Source: Methanoregula sp.
Lineage (GTDB): Archaea; Halobacteriota; Methanomicrobia; Methanomicrobiales; Methanospirillaceae
Reading direction: 5' to 3'
Length of the DNA stretch: 64,000 bases
Assembly: GCA_039698055.1 (NCBI GenBank)
Contig: JBDKTL010000016.1
Coordinates: 58,820 to 122,819 of the forward strand
The translations under genes were made by a program, and so were the position numbers. Each line of letters opens with the position of its first letter. Within the stretch, counting starts at the first letter, position 1. The notes beneath the pieces were generated by a model. That model worked only from the letters and a program-made list of their open reading frames with translations, was not told the DNA's origin and did not search any database. Shown piece by piece: positions 38,589 through 48,965 of this stretch.

Positions 38589-38736
38589 TATTATACGAAA
38601 GAAAGGTTCGCGGAAGGATAATTCTTTGGATTTATACGTCAGTTCCCGATTCACAGGATTTACCTGTACATACCGTTGCCAAGGATAATGCCAGAGCTCC
38701 CGTACTGATCCGGGTCCACCCCCCCGTTTCCGACCG

Positions 38737-39366
38737 TCACCTGAAGGTCCGCTCTACGCTATAAAAAACAATGGGGAGCGTCAGATATACCGCTGAACTC
38801 CAGGTGCTTCCCGCCAGGGCGAACATGATGCCCACAATGGAAACCGCAGGAACAACCAGATTCCGGAAACGGACTTTCCTGATGTATGCCGGTTTCAGCG
38901 TCGGTTCTGTCAGCCGGTGATCGTTCGTTGCGTACCACCACAGCAGGGACATACCCATGCCGATCACAAAAAGATTTACCTCAAAGACCATTGCACCGAC
39001 CGGGACACCGGAAAAATCGCCGGAAAATGAAGCTGAAAAGGGAAGGAGTGCGACAAACATGAGTGTCCCGAGGTTAATCCAGGTGAATATCTTATCGGGG
39101 GTCTTTACTGAATGAAACTGCATGTGATGGCTGAGCCAGAACGCCCCAAGGATAAGAAACGCGAGAACATAATGCATGAAATCGGAAGAGAGGGTGAGGA
39201 GAACCTGAAGGGCATAGGCATTTGATGCCACCAGTGTTGCCTTATCCGGCAGGTTCAGGCCGATGACAAGGAGCGTCATCGCGAACGCGAAGATGCCGTC
39301 CGATATCGCTTCCAGCCTGCCCTTGGTAAGATGGGATTCACCACCCCCAATATTTTCCTCCGTCAT
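38737..39366 (-). CDS. TMEM175-family K+ channel
   Basis: RLEAISDGIFAFAMTLLV signature (FSD-type motif as ISD), W..HH, NL..L.F..LLPF. Confidence 0.9.
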   Translation of the reverse strand: MTEENIGGGESHLTKGRLEAISDGIFAFAMTLLVIGLNLPDKATLVASNAYALQVLLTLSSDFMHYVLAFLILGAFWLSHHMQFHSVKTPDKIFTWINLGTLMFVALLPFSASFSGDFSGVPVGAMVFEVNLFVIGMGMSLLWWYATNDHRLTEPTLKPAYIRKVRFRNLVVPAVSIVGIMFALAGSTWSSAVYLTLPIVFYSVERTFR

Positions 39367-39566
39367 AATCTTCCTCATCCATACTGGGAAGTAATCGGAT
39401 TTATGTGCTTGGGATTTTATTTTAAAAAAACCTACCCGGCCCTGACCCATCAGGGCTCCTGAAACCCCTCTCAAAACCAACGGAAAGTTTGAGTGACCGA
39501 TACCAGAAATTTTTCTCATTTCAGCGTGACAGCGGAGGGGTAATATATTTTAGGATCATTTTTCTA

Positions 39567-40061
39567 ATGTCTGCTATGGCACTTCGATCCCTGAATCTGC
39601 CCGGTGTCGGGACAAAATATGAATTTGTGACCGATAAGGGCGACACTGTTGCGATTTTTTTTACAAAAACCGGCTCAATCCAGATGTATACGCTCCAGCA
39701 GGGCTGCCATACGCCAAGCGCGGCTGAGATGACTCCTGTTGAAGCCAGGAGACTGGGCAACATTCTTACCGGGGCGATTATTGAAGCAGATCAGGAAAGC
39801 GTTGAGATCGCTTTTTCAGCTCTTGCCGATCTGCGGATTACGATCCATACCTATATTGTCCCGAAATCTGTTGCCGGAAGGACCATCCAGGATCTCCAGA
39901 TCCGGGCAAAAACCGGTGCCACCGTGATTGCGGTATGCCGGCAGGACAAGAATATTATCAACCCCCCACCCTCGTTTGTTTTTGAAACCGGCGATGCCGC
40001 ACTGGTTATCGGTGAAACGGATCAGCTTGGATTGTTCGAGCGCGAAATTATGGTGAATTAA
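39567..40061 (+). CDS. KhtT-like regulatory subunit (RCK_C/TrkA-C)
   Basis: LPGVGTKY N-terminus, GRTIQDLQIRAKTGATVIAV..NPP..GD..V.G. Confidence 0.87.
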   Translation: MSAMALRSLNLPGVGTKYEFVTDKGDTVAIFFTKTGSIQMYTLQQGCHTPSAAEMTPVEARRLGNILTGAIIEADQESVEIAFSALADLRITIHTYIVPKSVAGRTIQDLQIRAKTGATVIAVCRQDKNIINPPPSFVFETGDAALVIGETDQLGLFEREIMVN

Positions 40062-41197
40062 TGGAAGGGATCGTACTCGCACTTTTTATCTGTGTCGTGC
40101 TTGCGCTGGTCACCAAATACCTCTCGGTGCCAGCAATCCCTTTTTACATTGTCGCCGGTCTGGTCCTGGGTAATGCAGGTCTCGGGATTGTTGCGTCAGA
40201 TGCGATCAGCCATTTCTTTTCTGAAATGGGACTGATTTTTTTATTGTTCTTTATGGGCCTTGGCCTGAAAATCGAGCGGATAGCGGCGAACCGCTCCGCA
40301 GTGCTGACAACCGGGATCATCGACCTCAATGTCAATATGATAATCGGGTTTGTCGCATCATACCTGCTTGGGTTCACTCTTGTTGAGTCGCTCATTGTTG
40401 CGTCGGCGTTCTACATTTCCAGCACGGCGATGGCACTGACCTCCCTTATTGAGAACCGTAAATTGATGATGAAGGAAGCCGATACGATCATCTGGCTGAT
40501 GGTCTTTGAAGACTTTGTGCTGATCATCTTCCTTGCCCTTATTTCCGCAGGTGACCAGAACCTGATCATTTTTGCGGTCAAGATCCTCTTCGTACTTGGG
40601 ATCCTTTACGCCCTTGCCCATTATGGCAAGGAATTTTTAATTTCTATTCTCGACCGTGACGACGAACTTCCCATCCTGTTCACGTTTGCTGCAGTGCTCA
40701 CTACGGCATCGTTTTCCATGTATCTCGGTGTGCCTGAGACCATGATGGTGATTGCGCTTGGCGCTGCCTTTGCAACAACGGACCCGGATGCATTTGAGCA
40801 GCATGCCCGCCCGTTCAAGGACGTGTTTCTCGTTGTCTTCTTTGTGTTTTTCGGGGTGACGATGGATCTGTCGGGGGGCGTTAACCTGTTTGTGATCGCC
40901 ATTATCTGCATCCTTGCGATCGTCAGCAAACTGATCTCGGGAATCCTGACCGGGATTTTTATCCACGGCTCCGCTCTATCGGGGATTGAGATTTGGGGAA
41001 ATACGATTGGCAGGGGTGAGTTCTCCATAGCACTTGCAGTGCTGTATGGTTCACCGATTGTTGGAACGACTATCGCAGCAATGGTGATCGTGACTTCAAT
41101 ATTTGGAGCATTTACAGCAAAATATGCTACATCCCTCCGCAGGGGAATTGTGCATCTCGGGCGCCGGAGCGCCCCGCCCCGCCGGATACATCGCTGA
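40061..41197 (+). CDS. CPA2 cation:proton antiporter (KhtU-like)
   Basis: PFYIVAG, LLFFMGL, YISST, MVFED, FFVFFG, RGEFS; coupled to khtT-like gene. Confidence 0.88.
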   Translation: MEGIVLALFICVVLALVTKYLSVPAIPFYIVAGLVLGNAGLGIVASDAISHFFSEMGLIFLLFFMGLGLKIERIAANRSAVLTTGIIDLNVNMIIGFVASYLLGFTLVESLIVASAFYISSTAMALTSLIENRKLMMKEADTIIWLMVFEDFVLIIFLALISAGDQNLIIFAVKILFVLGILYALAHYGKEFLISILDRDDELPILFTFAAVLTTASFSMYLGVPETMMVIALGAAFATTDPDAFEQHARPFKDVFLVVFFVFFGVTMDLSGGVNLFVIAIICILAIVSKLISGILTGIFIHGSALSGIEIWGNTIGRGEFSIALAVLYGSPIVGTTIAAMVIVTSIFGAFTAKYATSLRRGIVHLGRRSAPPRRIHR

Positions 41198-41433
41198 CAG
41201 GTTATCGCAAAGGTTGCCCGGGGCAAGCCGGATAATTAGCGACACTCCTGTTTTTTAGGTGTTAAATCTGCGTTTTGATGATACGGACGATTTGTTCCGG
41301 CGCATCCACAGAGTAATATTTTATCCTTGTCCATTAGTGCCACCATATCGTCATGCGTCGGGATTCGGGGCCGGTATCATCACCCGGTGAATAAAAAAGC
41401 CTTTTGGACGTGTGCGGTAATTATCTTAGTATT

Positions 41434-42141
41434 ATGGTACACCGGACAGGTTGTATATGCTGCGGCAAACCGCTCGTCTATCTTGACCATCCGGAAAAAC
41501 GCGAATGCATGTATTGTCATGATATTCATACAGCCAATGCCGTTTGCGAAGACGGTCATTTTGTCTGTGATGCCTGTCACCATCTTGGTGCGGACGATGC
41601 GATTGAGCAATACTGCATAAAAACTACCGAAAAAAATCCTGTTGCCTTGGCAATCACCCTCATGCAGAACCCCCGGGTGAATATGCATGGCCCCGAGCAC
41701 CATTTCCTTGTACCCGCCGTACTGCTCGCAGCGTATTACAATACCACCGGGGACCTCCAGAAAAAAGGAAACCTTATCCGGACTGCACGGGAACGTGCCG
41801 GGCATGTAATAGGTGGGGCATGCGGGTTTTTAGGTGACTGCGGTGCGGCAGTGGGAACAGGAATATTCATCTCCCTTGTTACAGGCGCAACACCCTTGTC
41901 TCATCTTGAATGGCAACAGGCAAACCTAATCACCGCAAAAAGTCTTGAAACCATTGCCCGGCATGGTGGCCCCCGGTGCTGTAAGCGCAACACGTTCCTT
42001 GCACTAGAGGCAGCTGTCCGGTTCGTTTGTGAGCAGTTTGGTGTTGAGATGCCTACCGATCCTGCCATCACCTGCATTTTTTCCGGCATGAACAAAGAAT
42101 GCCAGATGAAAGACTGCCCGTACTATCCTGACCCAGACTGA
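41434..42141 (+). CDS. DUF5714-like Cys-rich protein
   Basis: N-terminal CxxC clusters, MHGPEHH, GG.CG..G.CGAAVG.G, GGPRCCKR, C..S..N.EC...CP. Confidence 0.8.
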   Translation: MVHRTGCICCGKPLVYLDHPEKRECMYCHDIHTANAVCEDGHFVCDACHHLGADDAIEQYCIKTTEKNPVALAITLMQNPRVNMHGPEHHFLVPAVLLAAYYNTTGDLQKKGNLIRTARERAGHVIGGACGFLGDCGAAVGTGIFISLVTGATPLSHLEWQQANLITAKSLETIARHGGPRCCKRNTFLALEAAVRFVCEQFGVEMPTDPAITCIFSGMNKECQMKDCPYYPDPD

Positions 42142-42569
42142 TTGCCGCCTCGTCTCTCTACAATCCGCTGGACGATAAGCCGGGAACTGGCGAGATCGCC
42201 ATCATCATATTTCCCGATGCGGACGACTTCTGCATTCAGCCCCCGTTCTTGTAATTGTCCGCGCAGTTTTGCCTCATCGAAATACTGGTTGAATCCGATG
42301 GTGATTATTGCAGGATTGATCTCTTCTATCGGGCGGAACATATCAGATTTATCCCCGAGAATGGCATGGTCGACCGGTTTTAAGGCAGCGACCATATACA
42401 GGCGCTGTTCTTCGGGAATAATCGGGTGCGGTTTGTGTTTTACGTTTGCGTCCCGTGCAACGATGACCCAGAGTTCATCACCAAGTTTTTTTGATTCGGC
42501 AAGGTAAAAGCAGTGCCCCGGGTGCAGGACATCAAACGTACCTGTGGCAACTACACGACGGCTGCTCAT
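42123..42569 (-). CDS. ribL: Archaeal FAD synthase
   Basis: VATGTFDVLHPGH, VIVARD, SSRLI; next to JAB gene. Confidence 0.88.
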   Translation of the reverse strand: MSSRRVVATGTFDVLHPGHCFYLAESKKLGDELWVIVARDANVKHKPHPIIPEEQRLYMVAALKPVDHAILGDKSDMFRPIEEINPAIITIGFNQYFDEAKLRGQLQERGLNAEVVRIGKYDDGDLASSRLIVQRIVERRGGNQSGSG

Positions 42570-42937
42570 GGGATCACCGGCATCTCGCATGGGATTCCCT
42601 CTGCGGTAAAACATTGCCAGTCATTCTCACGGTACGGGTATCCGATGATAAAGTGGTATCGCCCGGCTTTTGGGAAAAAACTGACATCTGCATCCGAGGG
42701 GCGAAGCACACCATTGGGGTGACTGTGGGCACTGCCTGCCCGGTGGGTATCAAGCGGCATCATGTCAAAAAAGAGCGAGGCCGAAGAACTTCCCGTAATG
42801 GTTCCGGGGAGAAGGTTCATCTCGCCGATTAGCCCATCCCTTTCGGTAAGCAGGGCGACGAACTCATTGGGGTGACTTTCACGCCCCATCTGGAGGAGCA
42901 GGGTGATAATATCCTGTCTGATACCGCGAATTTTCAT
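42566..42937 (-). CDS. JAB/MPN (JAMM) metalloprotease
   Basis: HPNEF, GSAHSHPNG..PSDAD. Confidence 0.9.
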   Translation of the reverse strand: MKIRGIRQDIITLLLQMGRESHPNEFVALLTERDGLIGEMNLLPGTITGSSSASLFFDMMPLDTHRAGSAHSHPNGVLRPSDADVSFFPKAGRYHFIIGYPYRENDWQCFTAEGIPCEMPVIP

Positions 42938-43029
42938 GAAGAGTTCCTGCAGGTGGCAATGGGTATTGTACTGGTTAATTGGGTGTTTGTATGCAAAAAA
43001 TCCTCTCACCGCATAAAAAAATGTGGATA

Positions 43030-43836
43030 CTACTGTTCGACTTTTGCAAGGGCAGCACTCTGGTCCTGTGAAAGATCCACACCCGTAAATGCACCGCTTG
43101 TCGGGAGCGCCGTGGCAAATCCCGGCGTTATATCATATTCAACGGTGCTGTTCTCCGGTATGGTAACTTCAAGGATATGTCCGCCTGTCAGGTGGTCGTC
43201 GGCAATGAAGTGAAGATGATAGCCGGGGACGTTGAGCCCCTTAAAAATAACCGGCGTGTAGAACCCAACGATCGTGCCGGTTACCTTCGAGTACGTGTAC
43301 ACGGACTGGTTTTCTGCCGCATCTGCCAACGTGGGGTAGGGTTTATGCTGCGCCGGAATTGCCCGCACTTTCACGAGAGGAAATGTATCATGGATCTTTA
43401 CTGCGTAGATCATATTTGCTGATGGCAGCCGGGCTGATATTGTTGCCGAAAACACAGAAAAGTTCATTGCATGATCGGTTTTTTCCTTGATATCGGTACT
43501 AAAATCTGTGACGGTTGCAAAGGGGGTCGTGGCATTGTCCGGAGCGGGATATATGCGTCCATCGGCTTTTGCCTGGTAATATTTCCCGTCAAGGACAATC
43601 ATTTCTCCATCGAGCGCATCAAACGTCCCAATCCCAAAGTCCCCGTGTTTTTTGAGGTCACCTACGGTTTCGACACCATCGAACACTCCCTGCATCAGCG
43701 CGTCTATGGTCGACACCTGGTAGAGCGTCTCGCGATCCGTGGGTTGGTTTTGTTTTGAAAGACTGGTGGCAAATGCCGCGACAAAAAAAATAATTGCAAC
43801 AGCAACGCCGATACCCAGAAGAAATTTGTAATCCAT
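43030..43836 (-). CDS. budA: Alpha-acetolactate decarboxylase with N-terminal hydrophobic segment
   Basis: YQVSTIDALM.G, HGDFGIGTF..LDGEM, TPFA, GYHLHF..GGH. Confidence 0.88.
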   Translation of the reverse strand: MDYKFLLGIGVAVAIIFFVAAFATSLSKQNQPTDRETLYQVSTIDALMQGVFDGVETVGDLKKHGDFGIGTFDALDGEMIVLDGKYYQAKADGRIYPAPDNATTPFATVTDFSTDIKEKTDHAMNFSVFSATISARLPSANMIYAVKIHDTFPLVKVRAIPAQHKPYPTLADAAENQSVYTYSKVTGTIVGFYTPVIFKGLNVPGYHLHFIADDHLTGGHILEVTIPENSTVEYDITPGFATALPTSGAFTGVDLSQDQSAALAKVEQ

Positions 43837-43857
43837 AGCCGGGAACCTCAAAAAAGG

Positions 43858-44139
43858 TTATTTCCTGCCGGTTACTTTGATGACGTGGAACCCGAACTGG
43901 GTTTTTACCGGCCCGACGACTTTGCCTACATCTTCTGTAAAGGCAATGTTTTCAAACTCCGGCACCATCTGCCCTTTGCCAAACCAACCGAGATCCCCCC
44001 CGTTTTTCTTTGAGGGGCAGGATGAGAACCTTTTTGCAACTGCCGCAAAATCTTCGCCATCGGCAATGCGTTTCATCATTCTTTGTGCATCATCCTCGGT
44101 TTTGACGAGAATATGGGATGCGCGTGCCTGTGTTGTCAT
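43858..44139 (-). CDS. Parvulin-type peptidyl-prolyl isomerase
   Basis: ASHILVK, SSCPS..GGDLGWF..MVPEFE, TQFGFHVI. Confidence 0.94.
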   Translation of the reverse strand: MTTQARASHILVKTEDDAQRMMKRIADGEDFAAVAKRFSSCPSKKNGGDLGWFGKGQMVPEFENIAFTEDVGKVVGPVKTQFGFHVIKVTGRK

Positions 44140-44186
44140 GGAGTACCGGTGAGTTCTTTTCGGGCATAAAATAATGGGGCACTTTT

Positions 44187-45599
44187 TTAAAACTCGCCGT
44201 CTTGCTCAAAACTCCGCCCATACCGGATCGCAAGTTCCGCTTTGTAGAGTTCCCGGCCAAGATAACCTGCATGGTCAAGGAGTGAAACGTCACCGTGGGA
44301 AAGAATGGTAAAAAGCAGATCCTGCCAGTGTTTTCCCTTCACCGCTTTTCCATTGATCGCGGCAACGATCTGGTCGCCGTCGATCCCTATCCGGAAATTG
44401 CCTTTGGGATCGTACGTGATCTCATCGGGCATTTTTTTTGCCGTAGTCAGGGTTTCATATTCGACCGGTGGCTCACGCCGTCTCCGTTTCTCCTTGAGCA
44501 CGAGAAGGTCTATGCCGAGATCCTTTGGATACGGCCGGTCCCGTGAGAGTATCATCATTTCGGTTGCCCGCCGCATCTCACGGATTGATCCCTGTGTCTT
44601 GTCAGAATGTTCGCTGGTGAAGATGATTGACGTGCCCACTTCCTGTGCCATACCGGCCAGCAGGGCATTCGCACCTATCGAGTCCGCATCAAGGAGTTCG
44701 ACAACGTTTCCGGCACCAAAAAAGAGCGGGTACCGGTTTTTTTTAAAATTTTTCAACGAACCGACCAGTCCCGATCCGACCGGTTGCAGGAGGGGGTCGG
44801 CAATGATGCAGGCAATGCCGGCGCGTGTTGCCATCGTGCAGTTTTTCGCGAGCGTGCTGTCACCCGGCACGACAACCGCTGCTGCACCTGACCGGGCAAT
44901 TTCGTCTCCGATGAGGGGAATATTTGTTTCCTGCAGGCTGAGGATGAGGTCTGCCCGGAAGAGTGCTGCCCGGATCAGTGCAGGGTCCTGTGAATCCACT
45001 GCGAGCGGGCGGTCGATGTCTGCGAGCAGGGAAAAGACCCGGGTCACGTCCACAGGAGTGGCATCAAATCCAAAGCCGAGGTCTACGATATCCGCGCCAT
45101 CGGCAAAAAAACGTTCGGTAACTGCACGGATGTCGTCTTGTGTGTGTGCATCCATGATCTCAGCAAGCACCTTCATCCTTGAAGTGCCGCCAATCTTTGT
45201 GCCCCGGATCAGGAAATCGAACTCAGCATCCGACTCAAGAGATACAATGCTGCGCATCGCCTCATCTGCTTTTTTTGCAGCAAGAAAATCATCTGCGGGA
45301 ACTGTGCGTGAAAGGGGGACCGTACCGAGAAGAGGGAGGACAAGCGCAAGGTCTGCTGCATGGCGTGGCCCGAGATAGACCGGCACGCCGGTCTCCTTCT
45401 CCACTCGTTCAAACGATGCAGTGCACATTCCCGAAACCACAACCGCGTCGTATGCACCTTTTTTGATCAGATCCTGGAGTGCATGGGGTGTGAGAAATGA
45501 AGCAACCTTGTCGGTCACTACTACATCCGCATCAAATCCCACAGCCGCTTTTTTTACCATATCTGCGGTTGCAGAACCGGTGGGCAGCAGGATGCGCAT
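44187..45599 (-). CDS. Dihydropteroate synthase-like protein with C-terminal DUF4346-like domain
   Basis: VLAEI.DA, GADIVDLG, AVDS, ADPLL, GNVVELLDADS.G.NA, PKDLG.DLL, HAGYLGREL.KAE. Confidence 0.85.
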   Translation of the reverse strand: MRILLPTGSATADMVKKAAVGFDADVVVTDKVASFLTPHALQDLIKKGAYDAVVVSGMCTASFERVEKETGVPVYLGPRHAADLALVLPLLGTVPLSRTVPADDFLAAKKADEAMRSIVSLESDAEFDFLIRGTKIGGTSRMKVLAEIMDAHTQDDIRAVTERFFADGADIVDLGFGFDATPVDVTRVFSLLADIDRPLAVDSQDPALIRAALFRADLILSLQETNIPLIGDEIARSGAAAVVVPGDSTLAKNCTMATRAGIACIIADPLLQPVGSGLVGSLKNFKKNRYPLFFGAGNVVELLDADSIGANALLAGMAQEVGTSIIFTSEHSDKTQGSIREMRRATEMMILSRDRPYPKDLGIDLLVLKEKRRRREPPVEYETLTTAKKMPDEITYDPKGNFRIGIDGDQIVAAINGKAVKGKHWQDLLFTILSHGDVSLLDHAGYLGRELYKAELAIRYGRSFEQDGEF

Positions 45600-45640
45600 A
45601 AGTTTCCTTAATACCAGAGAGATAAAAACACTATGATCAG

Positions 45641-46318
45641 ATGCTGACCTGCGATTTGCATGTGCACACCAGTTATTCAAAAGATGGTGAGAGCGGGATT
45701 GAAGAAATACTGGCCCGGGCTGAAGCAGTGGGTCTCGATGCGATAGCAATAACCGACCATGACTGTGTGGACGGTGCAAAAAAAGCACTTGCCTGCTCTA
45801 CCTCCGTTATTGTGATACCGGGAATCGAAGTGTCTACCAAACAAGGGCACCTGCTGGTACTTGGTGTTACGGAAATGATCCCGGCAGGTATGGATGTGCG
45901 GGATACCGTAAAGGCAGCCCGGACTATGGGCGGTGTGTGTATTCTTCCCCACCCCTACCATATGTGGCGCCATGGGGTAGCGCGGAAGATCAAGACCGCG
46001 ATGGGAATTGTCGACGCCGTGGAATCGTTCAACAGCCGGTATATCCTTGGTTCCGCAAACCGAAAAGCGGGAAAAATCGCCCGGCGGCTCGGCAAACCCT
46101 GTGTCGGTGGAAGTGACGCCCATAACGCGAAATTTGTCGGCTTTGGAAGGACCTTTGTGGACGCGGAGCCGGATATGGCTTCGATCCTGCAGGCAATTCG
46201 TGACGGGAAGGTGTCCGCCGGAGGGAGACAGACCCCCCTGCGCACGTATACCCGGCAGTCGCTCAACAATACATGGAAACGGATCAAACGGTTCACGCGG
46301 CGTGTGCATCTCAGATGA
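45641..46318 (+). CDS. PHP-domain metal-dependent phosphoesterase
   Basis: DLHVHT..S.DG, ITDHD, GIEVS..GH, PHPY, GGSDAH. Confidence 0.92.
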   Translation: MLTCDLHVHTSYSKDGESGIEEILARAEAVGLDAIAITDHDCVDGAKKALACSTSVIVIPGIEVSTKQGHLLVLGVTEMIPAGMDVRDTVKAARTMGGVCILPHPYHMWRHGVARKIKTAMGIVDAVESFNSRYILGSANRKAGKIARRLGKPCVGGSDAHNAKFVGFGRTFVDAEPDMASILQAIRDGKVSAGGRQTPLRTYTRQSLNNTWKRIKRFTRRVHLR

Positions 46319-47106
46319 GGCTTGCATTCCGGGTTTCCTATCTTGGCAGCAGGTATTACGGGTCGCAGGTGCAGGAGTCAAGCCGCACCGTGGAAGGAGA
46401 ATTTATGGCCGCCTGCCAGAGGCTGGATCTTTTTGATAACTGGAGGAAAGCAGGTTTTCTGTCAGCTGGAAGAACCGACCGGGGCGTGCATGCCCGCGGA
46501 CAGGTTATCGCATTTTCTACAGAGTTTCCTGAGCGTGCTATAAAAACCCTCAATCTCCAGCTCCCCCCCGATCTCTGGTGTACCGGGTATGCTGAAGTTC
46601 CGGCTGAATTCCATCCTCGTTTCGATGCACGGTCACGAACGTACCGGTATTATTTTTCGCATGTGACTGATCCTGTACGAATGAAAAGCGCTGCCCGTCA
46701 CTTTATCGGGAATCATAATTTTTCAAACTTTGCCCGGGTCGGTGATAAAAATCCGTGGCGAACCGTGCTTGCGACGAATGTTTTTGAAGATTCCGGGTTT
46801 GTCTGTCTTGAAGTGACGGCCCAAAGTTTCCTCTGGCACCAGGTACGGTGTATGGCCCGGGCGGTGCAGCTGGTGGGGGACGGCGAACAGGATGAGGACT
46901 GGATTGCCGGGCTTCTTGCGCAGACGACGGATAAAGCGATCCAGCCGGCACCCGCCGAGGGCCTGATCCTCTGGGATATCGATTGCGGTATTACGTGGAT
47001 TTCCCTGCCGCCTGCCGATCGCAGCCGGACTCATCTCGCCGATCTTCAACGCCACCATGCTCTCATGTGTCGGGTATGCTACGCTCTTGATGAAGAAAAA
47101 AAGTGA
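46315..47106 (+). CDS. truA: tRNA pseudouridine(38-40) synthase
   Basis: AGRTDRGVHA, FHPRFDA..RTYRY, G.HNF.NF, SFLWHQVR; start ATG 46315. Confidence 0.94.
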   Translation: MRLAFRVSYLGSRYYGSQVQESSRTVEGEFMAACQRLDLFDNWRKAGFLSAGRTDRGVHARGQVIAFSTEFPERAIKTLNLQLPPDLWCTGYAEVPAEFHPRFDARSRTYRYYFSHVTDPVRMKSAARHFIGNHNFSNFARVGDKNPWRTVLATNVFEDSGFVCLEVTAQSFLWHQVRCMARAVQLVGDGEQDEDWIAGLLAQTTDKAIQPAPAEGLILWDIDCGITWISLPPADRSRTHLADLQRHHALMCRVCYALDEEKK

Positions 47107-47123
47107 CTGGGTCCTCATCTGTT

Positions 47124-48365
47124 CTAGTCTGTTCGGGCACACCCGCTTTTTATTGCTGCATCCTGAACGGCAGCAGCAACGGTCCTGACGACATCCCGGT
47201 TGAGCACCGGGGGAAGGATGTGGTCTTTTCGTGGACGCTTGACGTACCCTGCAAGTGCGTGGGCAGCAGCAACTTTCATCTCGTCCGAGATCCGTGTGGC
47301 ATGCACGTTGAGCGCCCCGCGGAAGATGCCCGGAAACGCAAGAGCATAGTTGATTTGGTTTGGATATTGACTGCGTCCGGTGCCGACAACAGCAGCACCG
47401 GCAAGCAGGGCATCGTGGGGGAGAATTTCCGGCAGGGGGTACGCAAGTGCAAAGATGATCGGATCGGTGTTCATCGACCGGACCATTCCCGCTGTTATGA
47501 TCCCCGGAACAGATACGCCGATGCAGACGTCTGCCCCTTCCAGCGCATCAGCAAGGTTTCCGACCCGCCCTGTTTTGTTGGTTTCATCTCCGATAATGAA
47601 CTTGTATTTGTTTGCATACAGGTTCTCGCGGTTCCGGTGGATGATGCCTTTTGTGTCGCAGACAATGATATCGTGCACACTGCTGCACAAATCAGGGTCA
47701 TAGCCGATACACCGGAGCATGCGGGTAATGGCAAATCCTGCCGCGCCGGCACCGCAGATCACGATGTTGAGGTCCTCAAACCGCTTTTTGGTGACCTTGC
47801 AGGCATTGATCAAGGCCGCAAGAACCACTACTGCAGTACCGTGCTGGTCATCATGCATCACAGGAATGCCAATACCCTGCAGCGCTTCCTCCAGTTCAAA
47901 ACACCTTGGCGCGGCAATATCCTCAAGCGCGATTGCTCCAAAGACGGGCGCAATATTTTTCACATCGTCGGCAAGTTCCGTGTGATCCCGTTCAAAGCAG
48001 ATCGGGAACGCGTCAATATCTGCGAGTTTTTTGAAAAGAAGGGCTTTACCTTCCATGACCGGGATTGCCGCATACCCCCCGATATTCCCCAGCGACAGCA
48101 CCCGTGAACCGTCCGTTACTATCGCAATCGTGTTTGCCTTGAGCGTGTATTTCCATGCGAGATTTTTGTCGCGTGCAATTTCCCTGCAGACTGCACCGAC
48201 ACCGGGGGTATAGGCAAGCGAGAGATCGTGCCGGTTGTGCAGCGGAACTTTTGCATGGACTTCAATTATTCCATGTTTGTTCTCGTGATAGTCCAGCGAT
48301 TCTGCATAGATGTCCGGTTTTTTATGAGTTTTTCGCGCCGTTGTCTGATCCCCCTGTTTGGTCAT
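47124..48365 (-). CDS. NAD(P)-dependent malic enzyme
   Basis: LAYTPGV, VTDGSRVL.LG.IG, PVMEGK, LEDI.APRCF, HDDQHGTA, GAGAAG, NQIN..LAFPGIFRG. Confidence 0.94.
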   Translation of the reverse strand: MTKQGDQTTARKTHKKPDIYAESLDYHENKHGIIEVHAKVPLHNRHDLSLAYTPGVGAVCREIARDKNLAWKYTLKANTIAIVTDGSRVLSLGNIGGYAAIPVMEGKALLFKKLADIDAFPICFERDHTELADDVKNIAPVFGAIALEDIAAPRCFELEEALQGIGIPVMHDDQHGTAVVVLAALINACKVTKKRFEDLNIVICGAGAAGFAITRMLRCIGYDPDLCSSVHDIIVCDTKGIIHRNRENLYANKYKFIIGDETNKTGRVGNLADALEGADVCIGVSVPGIITAGMVRSMNTDPIIFALAYPLPEILPHDALLAGAAVVGTGRSQYPNQINYALAFPGIFRGALNVHATRISDEMKVAAAHALAGYVKRPRKDHILPPVLNRDVVRTVAAAVQDAAIKSGCARTD

Positions 48366-48506
48366 TCAATGATGGGAATGGGAAATCATGAATCTTCGTA
48401 CGGAGCCCGAATTATTTTTTTAACCGGAAAAAATACCGGCTCCCTTTCAGATAGCGATAAAAAAAATCGTACAAGGGGATTTGTTCCGTTACCCAAATGC
48501 AATCTG

Positions 48507-48965
48507 TCAGTACTGCGAGCCGGGCCCGAACGTAATGTCAATCCAGTGCATAATCTCGTCCCGTACCCTGCGGTACCCGTCGAGAATTTCCGTATCGGTT
48601 CCCGGGGTAAGGTGGGGATCGGCAAAACCGTGATGGATGGTTTTTTTAGCAGACGGCACAATCGGACAAACGGCATGGGCATTATCACAGAGCGTCACCG
48701 CAAGATCGAACGGTATCCCGGAAAAAGTGTTGAGGGTTTTTGATGCATGGCCAGAGATATCAATCCCCCGCTCTGCCATCACGTCAATCGCACGGGGACT
48801 GACCCGGGACTGCCGTGTGCCGGCGGAAAACACCTCATACCGGTCACCATAGCGTGCCCGCAGGTATCCCTCCGCCATCTGGGAGCGTGCGGCGTTTGCA
48901 GTACAGATAAACAGGATACGGGTTTTTATGAGGGATTTATCGTTAGTCATTTCGGATTGACTCAT
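48507..48965 (-). CDS. arsC: Thioredoxin-type arsenate reductase / LMW-PTP
   Basis: FICTANAARSQMAEG (CX5R), SAGT, TLCD..CP, FADP. Confidence 0.85.
   Translation of the reverse strand: MSQSEMTNDKSLIKTRILFICTANAARSQMAEGYLRARYGDRYEVFSAGTRQSRVSPRAIDVMAERGIDISGHASKTLNTFSGIPFDLAVTLCDNAHAVCPIVPSAKKTIHHGFADPHLTPGTDTEILDGYRRVRDEIMHWIDITFGPGSQY

Noticed and set aside
44305-45378. 357-aa plus-strand ORF (similarly 47103..48107)
   Set aside because: Antisense shadows of the DHPS-like and malic enzyme genes in GC-rich DNA
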